Part shown: positions 26,701 to 41,615 of the stretch, piece by piece
Position numbering within the stretch: position 1 is the stretch's first letter
How the letters are laid out: each line of letters opens with the position of its first letter
From: the human T2T-CHM13v2.0 reference genome, Homo sapiens
Strand: one strand, 5' to 3'
Length of the DNA stretch: 64,000 bases
NCBI RefSeq assembly: GCF_009914755.1
Contig: NC_060925.1
The notes under the pieces: generated by a model
What the model was told of the DNA's origin: nothing
Seen by the model: only the letters and a program-made list of their open reading frames with translations
The model's database searches: none
Position numbers and translations under genes: made by a program

Positions 26701-29700
26701 AAACGGAAAAAAACGGAATTATCGAATGGAATCGAAGAGAATCATCGAATGGACCCGAATGGAATCATCTAATGGAATGGAATGGAATAATCCATGGACT
26801 CGAATGCAATCATCATCGAATGGAATCAAATGGAATCATCGAATGAACTCGAATGGAATCATCATTGAATGGAATCGAATGGAATCATCGAGTGGAATCG
26901 AATGGAATTATGATCAAATGGAATCGAATGTAATCATCATCAAATGGAATCAAAAATAACCATCATCAATTGGTATTCAATGGAATTGTCATCAAATGGA
27001 ATTCAAAGGAATCATCATCAAATGGAACCGAATGGAATCCTCATTGAATGGAAATGAAAGGGGTCATCATCTAATGGAATCACATGGAATCATCATCAAA
27101 TTGAAACGAATGGAATCTTCATCAAATGGAATCTAATGGAATCATTGAACAGAATTGAATGGAATCGTCATCGAATGAATTGAATGCAATCATCGAATGG
27201 TCTCGAATGGAATCATCTTCTAATGGAAAGGAATGGAATCATCGCATAGAATCGAATGGAATTATCATCGAATGGAATCGAATGGTATCCACACCAAACG
27301 GAAAAAAACGGAATTATCGAAAGGAATCGAAGAGAATCTTCGAACGGACCCGAATGGAATCATCTAATGGAATGGAATGGAATAATCCATGGACTCGAAT
27401 GCAATCATCATCGAATGGAATCGAATGGAATCATCGAATGGACTCGAATGGAATAATCATTGAACGGAATCGAATGGAATCATCATCGGATGGAAACGAA
27501 TGGAATCATCATCGAATGGAAATGAAAGGAGTCATCATCTAATGCAATTGCATGGAATCATCATCAAATGGAATCGAATGGAATCAACATCAAATGGAAT
27601 CTAATGGAATCATTGAACAGAATTGAATGGAATCGTCATCGAATGAATTGACTGCAATCATCGAATGGTCTCGAATGGAATCATCTTCAAATGGAATGGA
27701 ATGGAATCATCGCATAGAATCGAATGGAATTATCATCGAATGGAATCGAATGGAATCAACATCAAACGGAAAAAAACGGAATTATCGAATGGAATCGAAG
27801 AGAATCATCGAATGGACCCGAATGGAATCATCTAATGGAATGGAATGGAATAATCCATGGACTCGAATGCAATCATCATCCAATGGAATCGAATGGAATC
27901 ATCGAATGGACTCGAATGGAATAATCATTGAACGGAATCGAATGGAATCATCATCAGATGGAAATGAATGGAATCATCATCGAATGGAATCGAATAGAAT
28001 TGTGGAATGAAATCCAGTGTGATCATCATCGAATGGACCCGAATGGAATCATCATCCAAAGGAAGCTAATGGAATCAACATCGAATGAATCAAATGGAAA
28101 CACCATCGAATTGAAACGAATGGAATTATCATGAAATTGAAATGGATGGACTCATCATCGAATGGATTCGAATGGAATCATCGAATAAAATTGATTGAAA
28201 TCATCATCGAATGGAATCGAATGGTATCATTGAATGGAATCGAATGGAATCATCATCAGATGGAAATGAATGGAATCGTCATAGAATGGAATCGAATGGA
28301 TTCATTGAATGGAATCAGATGGAATCATCGAATGGACTGGAATGGAATCATTGAATGGACTCGAAAGGGATCATGATTGAATGGAATTGAATGGAATCAT
28401 CGAATGGTCTCGATTGGAATCATTATCAAATGGAATCGAATGGAATCACCGAATAGAATCGAATGGAACAATCATCGAATGGACTCAAATGGAATTATCC
28501 TCAAATGGAATCGAATGGAATTATCGAATGCAATCGAATGGAATTATCGAATGCAATCGAATAGAATGATCGAATGGACTCGAATGGAATCATCGAATGG
28601 AATGCAATGGAACAGTCAATGAACTCGAATGGAATCATCATTGAATGGAATGGAATGGAATCATCGATTGGAATCGAATGGAATTATGATCAAATGGAAT
28701 CGAATGTAATCCTCATCAAATGGAATCAAAAATAACCATCATCAATTGGTATTGAATGGAATTGTCATCAAATGGAATTCAAAGGAATCATCATCAAATG
28801 GAACCGAATGGAATCCTCATTGAATGGAAATGAAAGGGGTCATCATCTAATGGAATCGCATGGAATCATCATCAAATGGAATCGAATGGAATCATCATCA
28901 AATGGAATCTAATGGAATCATTGAACAGAATTGAATGGAATCGTCATCGAATGAATTGAATGCAATCATCGAATGGTCTCGAATGGAATCATCTTCTAAT
29001 GGAAAGGAATGGAATCATCGCATAGAATCGAATGGAATTATCATCGAATGGAATCGAATGGTATCAACACCAAACGGAAAAAAACGGAATTATCGAATGG
29101 AATCGAAGAGAATCTTCGAACGGACCCGAATGGAATCATCTAATGGAATGGAATGGAATAATCCATGGACTCGAATGCAATCATCATCGAATGGAATCGA
29201 ATGGAATCATCGAATGGACTCGAATGGAATAATCATTGAACGGAATCGAATGGAATCATCATCGGATGGAAACGAATGGAATCATCATCGAATGGAAATG
29301 AAAGGAGTCATCATCTAATGGAATTGCATGGAATCATCATAAAATGGAATCGAATGGAATCAACATCAAATGGAATCAAATGGAATCATTGAACGGAATT
29401 GAATGGAATCGTCATCGAATGAATTGACTGCAATCATCCAATGGTCTCGAATGGAATCATCTTCAAATGGAATGGAATGGAATCATCGCATAGAATCGAA
29501 TGGAATTATCATCGAATGGAATCGAATGGAATCAACATCAAACGGAAAAAAACGGAATTATCGAATGGAATCGAAGAGAATCATCGAATGGACCCGAATG
29601 GAATCATCTAATGGAATGGAATGGAATAATCCATGGACTCGAATGCAATCATCATCCAATGGAATCGAATGGAATCATCGAATGGACTCGAATGGAATAA

Positions 29701-32700
29701 TCATTGAACGGAATCGAATGGAATCATCATCGGATGGAAATGAATGGAATCATCATCGAATGGAATCGAATAGAATTATGGAATGAAATCCAGTGTGATC
29801 ATCATCGAATGGACCCGAATGGAATCATCATCCAACGGAAGCTAATGGAATCAACATCGAATGAATCGAATGGAAACACCATCGAATTGAAACGAATGGA
29901 ATTATCATGAAATTGAAATGGATGGACTCATCATCGAATGGATTCGAATGGAATCATGGAATAAAATTGATGGAAATCATCATCCAATGGAATCGAATGG
30001 TATCATTGAATGGAATCGAATGGAATCATCATCAGATGGAAATGAATGGAATCGTCATAGAATGGAATCGAATGGATTCATTGAATGGAATCAGATGGAA
30101 TCATCGAATGGACTGGAATGGAATCATTGAATGGACTCGAAAGGGATCATGATTGAATGGAATTGAATGGAATCATCGAATGGTCTCGATTGGAATCATT
30201 ATCAAATGGAATCGAATGGAATCACCGAATAGAATCGAATGGAACAATCATCGAATGGACTCAAATGGAATTATCCTCCAATGGAATGGAATGGAATTAT
30301 CGAATGCAATCGAATGGAATTATCGAATGCAATCGAATAGAATCATCGAATGGACTCGAATGGAATCATCGAATGGAATGGAATGGAACAGTCAATGAAC
30401 TCGAATGGAATCATCATTGAATGGAATCGAATGGAATCATCGAGTGGAATCGAATGGAATTATGATCAAATGGAATCGAATGTAATCATCATCAAATGGA
30501 ATCAAAAATAACCATCATCAATTGGTATTGAATGGAATTGTCATCAAATGGAATTCAAAGGAATCATCATCAAATGGAACCGAATGGAATCCTCATTGAA
30601 TGGAAATGAAAGGGGTCATCATCTAATGGAATCGCATGGAATCATCATCAAATGGAATCGAATGGAATCATCATCAAATGGAATCTAATGGAATCATTGA
30701 ACAGAATTGAATGGAATCGTCATCGAATGAATTGAATGCAATCATCGAATGGTCTCGAATGGAATCATCTTCTAATGGAAAGGAATGGAATCATCGCATA
30801 GAATCGAATGGAATTATCATCGAATGGAATCGAATGGTATCAACACCAAACGGAAAAAAACGGAATTATCGAATGGAATCGAAGAGAATCTTCGAACGGA
30901 CCCGAATGGAATCATCTAATGGAATGGAATGGAATAATCCATGGACTCGAATGCAATCATCATCGAATGGAATCGAATGGAATCATCGAATGGACTCGAA
31001 TGGAATAATCATTGAACGGAATCGATTGGAATCATCATCGGATGGAAACGAATGGAATCATCATCGAATGGAAATGAAAGGAGTCATCATCTAATGGAAT
31101 TGCATGGAATCATCATAAAATGGAATCGAATGGAATCAACATCAAATGGAATCAAATGGAATCATTGAACGGAATTGAATGGAATCGTCATCGAATGAAT
31201 TGACTGCAATCATCCAATGGTCTCGAATGGAATCATCTTCAAATGGAATGGAATGGAATCATCGCATAGAATCGAATGGAATTATCATCGAATGGAATCG
31301 AAGGGAATCAACATCCAACGGAAAAAAACGGAATTATCGAATGGAATCGAAGAGAATCATCGAATGGACCCGAATGGAATCATGTAATGGAATGGAATGG
31401 AATAATCCATGGACTCGAATGCAATCATCATCGAATGGAATCGAATGGAATCATCGAATGGACTCGAATGGAATAATCATTGAACGGAATCGAATGGAAT
31501 CATCATCGGATGGAAATGAATGGAATCATCATCGAATGGAATCGAATAGAATTATGGAATGAAATCCAGTGTGATCATCATCGAATGGACCCGAATGGAA
31601 TCATCATCCAACGGAAGCTAATGGAATCAACATCGAATGAATCAAATGGAAACACCATCGAATTGAAACGAATGGAATTATCATGAAATTTAAATGGATG
31701 GACTCATCATCGAATGGATTCGAAAGGAATCATCGAATAAAATTGATTGAAATCATCATCGAATGGAATCGAATGGTATCATTGAATGGAATCGAATGGA
31801 ATCATCATCAGATGGAAATGAATGGAATCGTCATAGAATGGAATCGAATGGTTTCATTGAATGGAATCAGATGGAATCATCGAATGGACTGGAATGGAAT
31901 CATTGAATGGACTCGATAGGGATCATTATTGAATGGAATTGAATGGAATCATCGAATGGTCTCGATTGGAATCATTATCAAATGGAATCGTATGGAATCA
32001 CCGAATAGAATCGAATGGAACAATCATCGAATGGACTCAAATGGAATTATCCTCAAATGGAATCGAATGGAATTATCGAATGCAATCGAATGGAATTATC
32101 GAATGCAATCGAATAGAATCATCGAATGGACTCGAATGGAATCATCGAATGGAATGGAATGGAACAGTCAATGAACTCGAATGGAATCATCATTGAATGG
32201 AATCGAATGGAATCATCGAGTGGAATCGAATGGAATTATGATCAAATGGAATCGAATGTAATCATCATCAAATGGAATCAAAAATAACCATCATCAATTG
32301 GTATTGAATGGAATTGTCATCAAATGGAATTCAAAGGAATCATCATCAAATGGAACCGAATGGAATCCTCATTGAATGGAAATGAAAGGGGTCATCATCT
32401 AATGGAATCGCATGGAATCATCATAAAATGGAATCGAATGGAATCAACATCAAATGGAATCAAATGGAATCATTGAACGGAATTGAATGGAATCGTCATC
32501 GAATGAATTGGATGCAATCATCGAATGGTCTCGAATGGAATCTTCTTCAAATGGAATGGAATGGAATCATCGCATAGAATCGAATGGAATTATCATCGAA
32601 TGGAATCGAATGGAATCAACATCAAACGGAAAAAAACGGAATTATCGAATGGAATCGAAGAGAATCATCGAATGGACCCGAATGGAATCATCTAATGGAA

Positions 32701-34366
32701 TGGAATGGAATAATCCATGGACTCGAATGCAATCATCATCAAATGGAATCGAATGGAATCATCGAATGAACTCGAATGAAATCATCATTGAATGGAATCG
32801 AATGGAATCATCGAGTGGAATCGAATGGAATTATGATCAAATGGAATCGAATGTAATCATCATCAAATGGAATCAAAAATAACCATCATCAATTGGTATT
32901 CAATGGAATTGTCATCAAATGGAATTCAAAGGAATCATCATCAAATGGAACCGAATGGAATCCTCATTGAATGGAAATGAAAGGGGTCATCATCTAATGG
33001 AATCACGTGGAATCATCATCAAATGGAATCGAATGGAATCTTCATCAAATGGAATCTAATGGAATCATTGAACAGAATTGAATGGAATCGTCATCGAATG
33101 AATTGAATGCAATCATCGAATGGTCTCGAATGGAATCATCTTCTAATGGAAAGGAATGGAAACATCGCATAGAATCGAATGGAATTATCATCGAATGGAA
33201 TCGAATGGTATCAACACCAAACGGAAAAAAACGGAATTATCGAAAGGAATCGAAGAGAATCTTCGAACGGACCCGAATGGAATCATCTAATGGAATGGAA
33301 TGGAATAATCCATGGACTCGAATGCAATCATCATCGAATGGAATCGAATGGAATCATCGAATGGACTCGAATGGAATAATCATTGAACGGAATCGAATGG
33401 AATCATCATCGGATGGAAATGAATGGAATCATCATCGAATGGAATCGAATAGAATTATGGAATGAAATCCAGTGTGATCATCATCGAATGGACCCGAATG
33501 GAATCATCATCCAACAGAAGCTAATGGAATCAACATCGAATGAATCGAATGGAAACACCATCGAATTCAAACGAATGGAATTACCATGAAATTGAAATGG
33601 ATGGACTCATCATCGAATGGATTCGGATGGAATCATCGAATAAAATTGATTGAAATCATCATCGAATGAAATCGAATGGTATCATTGAATGGAATCGAAT
33701 GGAATCATCATCAGATGGAAATGAATGGAATCGTCATAGAATGGAATCGAATGGATTCATTGAATGGAATCAGATGGAATCATCGAATGGACTGGAATGG
33801 AATCATTGAATGGACTCGAAAGGGATCATGATTGAATGGAATTGAATGGAATCATCGAATGGTCTCGATTGGAATCATTATTAAATGGAATCGAATGGAA
33901 TCACCGAATAGAATCGAATGGAACAATCATCGAATGGACTCAAATGGAATTATCCTTAAATGGAATCGAATGGAATTATCGAATGCAATCGAATAGAATC
34001 ATCGAATGGACTCGAATGGAATCATCGAATGGAATGGAATGGAACAGTCAATGAACTCGAATGGAATCATCATTGAATGGAATCGAATGGAATCATCGAG
34101 TGGAATCGAATGGAATTATGATCAAATGGAATCGAATCTAATCATCATCAAATGGAATCAAAAATAACCATCATCAATTGGTATTGAATGGAATTGTCAT
34201 CAAATGGAATTCAAAGGAATCATCATCAAATGGAACCGAATGGAATCCTCATTGAATGGAAATGAAAGGGGTCATCATCTAATGGAATCGCATGGAATCA
34301 TCATCAAATGGAATCGAATGGAATCATCATCAAATGGAATCTAATGGAATCATTGAACAGAATTGA

Positions 34367-36757
34367 ATGGAATCGTCATCGAATGAATTGAATGCAATCA
34401 TCGAATGGTCTCGAATGGAATCATCTTCTAATGGAAAGGAATGGAATCATCGCTTAGAATCGAATGGAATTATCATCGAATGGAATCGAATGGTATCAAC
34501 ACCAAACGGAAAAAAACGGAATTATCGAATGGAATCGAAGAGAATCTTCGAACGGACCCGAATGGAATCATCTAATGGAATGGAATGGAATAATCCATGG
34601 ACTCGAATGCAATCATCATCGAATGGAATCGAATGGAATCATCGAATGGACTCGAATGGAATAATCATTGAACGGAATCGAATGGAATCATCATCGGATG
34701 GAAACGAATGGAATCATCATCGAATGGAAATGAAAGGAGTCATCATCTAATGGAATTGCATGGAATCATCATAAAATGGAATCGAATGGAATCAACATCA
34801 AATGGAATCAAATGGAATCATTGAACGGAATTGAATGGAATCGTCATCGAATGAATTGACTGCAATCATCGAATGATCTCGAATGTAATCACATTCTAAT
34901 GGAAAGGAATGGAATCATCGCATAGAATCGAATGGAATTAACATTGAATGGACTCGAATGGAATCAACATCAAACGGAATCAAGCGGAATTATCGAATGG
35001 AATCGAAGAGAATCATCGAATGGTCTCGAATGGAATCATCTTCTAATGGAAAGGAATGGAATCATCGCATAGAATCGAATGGAATTAACATTGAATGGAC
35101 TCGAATGGAATCAACATCAAATGGAATCAAGCGGAATTATCGAATGAAATCGAAGAGAATCATCGAATGGACTCGAATGGAATCATCTAATGGAATGGAA
35201 TGGAATAATCCACGGACTCGAATGCAATCATCATCGTATAGAATCGAATGGAATCATCGAATGGACTCGAATGGAATAATCATTGAACGGAAGCGAATGG
35301 AATCATCATCGGATGGAAACGAATGGAATCATCATCGAATGGAAATGAAAGGAGTCATCATCTAATGGAATTGCATGGAATCATCATAAAATGGAATCGA
35401 ATGGAATCAAAATCAAATGGAATCAAATGTAATCATTGAACGGAATTGAATGGAATCGTCATCGAATGAATTGACTGCAATCATCGAATGGTCTCGAATG
35501 GAATCATCTTCAAATGGAATGTAATGGAATCATCGCATAGAATCGAATGGAATTATCATCGAATGGAATCGAATGGAATCAACATCAAACGGAAAAAAAC
35601 GGAATTATCGAATGGAATCGAAGAGAATCATCGAATGGACCCGAATGGAATCATCTAATGGAATGGAATGGAATAATCCATGGACTCGAATGCAATCATC
35701 ATCGAATGGAATCGAATGGAATCATCGAATGGACTCGAATGGAATAATCATTGAACGGAATCGAATGGAATCATCATCGGATGGAAATGAATGGAATCAT
35801 CATCGAATGGAATCGAATAGAATTATGGAATGAAATCCAGTGTGATCATCATCGAATGGACCCGAATGGAATCATCATCCAACGGAAGCTAATGGAATCA
35901 ACATCGAATGAATCGAATGGAAACACCATCGAATTGAAACGAATGGAATTATCATGAAATTGAAATGGATGGACTCATCATCGGATGGATTCGAATGGAA
36001 TCATCGAATAAAATTGATTGAAATCATCATCCAATGGAATCGAATGGTATCATTGAATGGAATCGAATGGAATCATCATCAGATGGAAATGAATGGAATC
36101 GTCATAGAATGGAATCGAATGGATTCATTGAATGGAATCAGATGGAATCATCGAATGGACTGGAATGGAATCATTGAATGGACTCGAAAGGGATCATGAT
36201 TGAATGGAATTGAATGGAATCATCGAATGGTCTCGATTGGAATCATTATCAAATGGAATCGAATGGAATCACCGAATAGAATCGAATGGAACAATCATCG
36301 AATGGACTCAAATGGAATTATCCTCAAATGGAATCGAATGGAATTATCGAATGCAATCGAATGGAATTATCGAATGCAATCGAATAGAATCATCGAATGG
36401 ACTCGAATGGAATCATCGAATGGAATGGAATGGAACAGTCAATGAACTCGAATGGAATCATCATTGAATGGAATCGAATGGAATCATCGAGTGGAATCGA
36501 ATGGAATTATGATCAAATGCAATCGAATGTAATCCTCATCAAATGGAATCAAAAATAACCATCATCAATTGGTATTGAATGGAATTGTCATCAAATGGAA
36601 TTCAAAGGAATCATCATCAAATGGAACCGAATGGAATCCTCATTGAATGGAAATGAAAGGGGTCATCATCTAATGGAATCGCATGGAATCATCATCAAAT
36701 GGAATCGAATGGAATCATCATCAAATGGAATCTAATGGAATCATTGAACAGAATTGA
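34367..36757 (+). repeat. 2,391-bp expanded variant unit containing a 615-bp divergent subunit (34835-35449)
   Basis: Subunit starts at 34367, 34835 and 35450. There is an internal 147-bp tandem repeat with landmarks at 34875, 35022 and 35169. Confidence 0.88.
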
Positions 36758-39700
36758 ATGGAATCGTCATCGAATGAATTGAATGCAATCATCGAATGGT
36801 CTCGAATGGAATCATCTTCTAATGGAAAGGAATGGAATCATCGCATAGAATCGAATGGAATTATCATCGAATGGAATCGAATGGTATCAACACCAAACGG
36901 AAAAAAACGGAATTATCGAATGGAATCGAAGAGAATCTTCGAACGGACCCGAATGGAATCATCTAATGGAATGGAATGGAATAATCCATGGACTCGAATG
37001 CAATCATCATCGAATGGAAATGAATGGAATCATCGAATGGACTCGAATGGAATAATCATTGAACGGAATCGAATGGAATCATCATCGGATGGAAACGAAT
37101 GGAATCATCATCGAATGGAAATGAAAGGAGTCATCATCTAATGGAATTGCATGGAATCATCATAAAATGGAATCGAATGGAATCAACATCAAATGGAATC
37201 AAATGGAATCATTGAACGGAATTGAATGGAATCGTCATCGAATGAATTGACTACAATCACCGAATGGTCTCGAATGGAATCATCTTCAAATGGAATGGAA
37301 TGGAATCATCGCATAGAATCGAATGGAATTATCATCGAATGGAATCGAATGGAATCAACATCAAACGGAAAAAAACAGAATTATCGTATGGAATCGAAGA
37401 GAATCATCGAATGGACCCGAATGGAATCATCTAATGGAATGGAATGGAATAATCCATGGACTCGAATGCAATCATCATCGAATGGAATCGAATGGAATCA
37501 TCGAATGGACTCGAATGGAATAATCATTGAACGGAATCGAATGGAATCATCATCGGATGGAAATGAATGGAATCATCATCGAATGGAATCGAATAGAATT
37601 ATGGAATGAAATCCAGTGTGATCATCATCGAATGGACCCGAATGGAATCATCATCCAACGGAAGCTAATGGAATCAACATCGAATGAATCGAATGGAAAC
37701 ACCATCGAATTGAACCGAATGGAATTATCATGAAATTGAAATGGATGGACTCATCATCGAATGGATTCGAATGGAATCATCGAATAAAATTGATTGAAAT
37801 CATCATCGAATGGAATCGAATGGTATCATTGAATGGAATCGAATGGAATCATCATCAGATGGAAATGAATGGAATCGTCATAGAATGGAATCGAATGGAT
37901 TCATTGAATGGAATCAGATGGAATCATCGAATGGACTGGAATGGAATCATTGAATGGACTCGAAAGGGATCATTATTGAATGGAATTGAATGGAATCATC
38001 GAATGGTCTCGATTGGAATCATTATCAAATGGAATCGAATGGAATCACCGAATAGAATCGAATGGAACAATCATCGAATGGACTCAAATGGAATTATCCT
38101 CAAATGGAATGGAATGGAATTATCGAATGCAATCGAATGGAATTATCGAATGCAATCGAATAGAATCATCGAATGGACTCGAATGGAATCATCGAATGGA
38201 ATGGAATGGAACAGTCAATGAACTCGAATGGAATCATCATTGAATGGAATCGAATGGAATCATCGAGTGGAATCGAATGGAATTATGATCAAATGGAATC
38301 GAATGTAATCATCATCAAATGGAATCAAAAATAACCATCATCAATTGGTATTGAATGGAATTGTCATCAAATGGAATTCAAAGGAATCATCATCAAATGG
38401 AACCGAATGGAATCCTCATTGAATGGAAATGAAAGGGGTCATCATCTAATGGCATCGCATGGAATCATCATCAAATGGAATCGAATGGAATCATCATCAA
38501 ATGGAATCTAATGGAATCATTGAACAGAATTGAATGGAATGGTCATCGAATGAATTGAATGCAATCATCGAATGGTCTCGAATGGAATCATCTTCTAATG
38601 GAAAGGAATGGAATCATCGCATAGAATCGATTGGAATTATCATCGAATGGAATCGAATGGTATCAACACCAAACGGAAAAAAACGGAATTATCGAATGGA
38701 ATCGAAGAGAATCTTCGAACGGACCCGAATGGAATCATCTAATGGAATGGAATGGAATAATCCATGGACTCGAATGCAATCATCATCGAATGGAATCGAA
38801 TGGAATCATCGAATGGACTCGAATGGAATAATCATTGAACGGAATCGAATGGAATCATCATCGGATGGAAACGAATGGAATCATCATCGAATGGAAATGA
38901 AAGGAGTCATCATCTAATGGAATTGCATGGAATCATCATAAAATGGAATCGAATGGAATCAACATCAAATGGAATCAAATGGAATCATTGAACGGAATTG
39001 AATGGAATCGTCATCGAATGAATTGACTGCAATCATCCAATGGTCTCGAATGGAATCATCTTCAAATGGAATGGAATGGAATCATCGCATAGAATCGAAT
39101 GGAATTATCATCGAATGGAATCGAATGGAATCAACATCAAACGGAAAAAAACGGAATTATCGAATGGAATCGAAGAGAATCATCGAATGGACCCGAATGG
39201 AATCATCTAATGGAATGGAATGGAATAATCCATGGACTCGAATGCAATCATCATCGAATGGAATCGAATGGAATCATCGAATGGACTCGAATGGAATAAT
39301 CATTGAACGGAATCGAATGGAATCATCATCGGATGGAAATGAATGGAATCATCATCGAATGGAATCGAATAGAATTATGGAATGAAATCCAGTGTGATCA
39401 TCATCGAATGGACCCGAATGGAATCATCATCCAACGGAAGCTAATGGAATCAACATCGAATGAATCAAATGGAAACACCATCGAATTGAAACGAATGGAA
39501 TTATCATGAAATTGAAATGGATGGACTCATCATCGAATGGATTCGAATGGAATCATCGAATAAAATTGATTGAAATCATCATCGAATGGAATCGAATGGT
39601 ATCATTGAATGGAATCGAATGGAATCATCATCAGATGGAAATGAATGGAATCGTCATAGAATGGAATCGAATGGATTCATTGAATGGAATCAGATGGAAT

Positions 39701-40309
39701 CATCGAATGGACTGGAATGGAATCATTGAATGGACTCGAAAGGGATCATTATTGAATGGAATTGAATGGAATCATCGAATGGTCTCGATTGGAATCATTA
39801 TCAAATGGAATCGAATGGAATCACCGAATAGAATCGAATGGAACAATCATCGAATGGACTCAAATGGAATTATCCTCCAATGGAATGGAATGGAATTATC
39901 GAATGCAATCGAATGGAATTATCGAATGCAATCGAATAGAATCATCGAATGGACTCGAATGGAATCATCGAATGGAATGGAATGGAACAGTCAATGAACT
40001 CGAATGGAATCATCATTGAATGGAATCGAATGGAATCATCGAGTGGAATCGAATGGAATTATGATCAAATGGAATCGAATGTAATCATCATCAAATGGAA
40101 TCAAAAATAACCATCATCAATTGGTATTGAATGGAATTGTCATCAAATGGAATTCAAAGGAATCATCATCAAATGGAACCGAATGGAATCCTCATTGAAT
40201 GGAAATGAAAGGGGTCATCATCTAATGGAATCGCATGGAATCATCATCAAATGGAATCGAATGGAATCACCATCAAATGGAATCTAATGGAATCATTGAA
40301 CAGAATTGA

Positions 40310-41615
40310 ATGGAATCGTCATCGAATGAATTGAATGCAATCATCGAATGGTCTCGAATGGATTCATCTTCTAATGAAAAGGAATGGAATCATCGCATAG
40401 AATCGAATGGAATTATCATCGAATGGAATCGAATGGTATCAACACCAAACGGAAAAAAACGGAATTATCGAATGGAATCGAAGAGAATCTTCGAACGGAC
40501 CCGAATGGAATCATCTAATGGAATGGAATGGAATAATCCATGGACTCGAATGCAATCATCATCGAATGGAATCGAATGGAATCATCGAATGGACTCGAAT
40601 GGAATAATCATTGAACGGAATAGAATGGAATCATCATCGGATGGAAATGAATGGAATCATCATCGAATGGAATCGAATAGAATTATGGAATGAAATCCAG
40701 TGTGATCATCATCGAATGGACCCGAATGGAATCATCATCCAACGGAAGCTAATGGAATCAACATCGAATGAATCAAATGGAAACACCATCGAATTGAAAC
40801 GAATGGAATTATCATGAAATTGAAATGGATGGACTCATCATCGAATGGATTAATGGAATCATCGAATAAAATTGATTGAAATCATCATCGAATGGAATCG
40901 AATGGTATCATTGAATGGAATCGAATGCAATCATCATCAGATGGAAATGAATGGAATCGTCATAGAATGGAATCGAATGGATTCATTGAATGGAATCAGA
41001 TGGAATCATCGAATGGACTGGAATGGAATCATTGAATGGACTCGAAAGGGATCATGATTGAATGGAATTGAATGGAATCATCGAATGGTCTCGATTGGAA
41101 TCATTATCAAATGGAATCGAATGGAATCACCGAATAGAATCGAATGGAACAATCATCGAATGGACTCAAATGGAATTATCCTCCAATGGAATCGAATGGA
41201 ATTATCGAATGCAATCGAATGGAATTATCGAATGCAATCGAATAGAATCATCGAATGGACTCGAATGGAATCATCGAATGGAATGGAATGGAACAGTCAA
41301 TGAACTCGAATGGAATCATCATTGAATGGAATCGAATGGAATCATCGAGTGGAATCGAATGGAATTATGATCAAATGGAATCGAATGTAATCATCATCAA
41401 ATGGAATCAAAAATAACCATCATCAATTGGTATTGAATGGAATTGTCATCAAATGGAATTCAAAGGAATCATCATCAAATGGAACCGAATGGAATCCTCA
41501 TTGAATGGAAATGAAAGGGGTCATCATCTAATGGAATCGCATGGAATCATCATCAAATGGAATCGAATGGAATCATCATCAAATGGAATCTAATGGAATC
41601 ATTGAACAGAATTGA
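40310..41615 (+). repeat. 1,306-bp variant unit (1776-468-2)
   Basis: Spacing from 40310 to 41616. A CG dinucleotide deletion (ggattaatgg) lies at ~40851. Confidence 0.87.

Noticed and set aside
34875-35169. 147-bp sub-repeat equal to the nucleosome core length
   Set aside because: This is likely coincidental, being a sum of 5-bp and 3-bp modules between two similar motifs. There is no positioning evidence from sequence alone.
37730-39997. Longest ORFs (163 aa at 37730 and 39506)
   Set aside because: They arise from a single TGA-to-TTA change (catgattg to cattattg) that fuses two artefactual ORFs.
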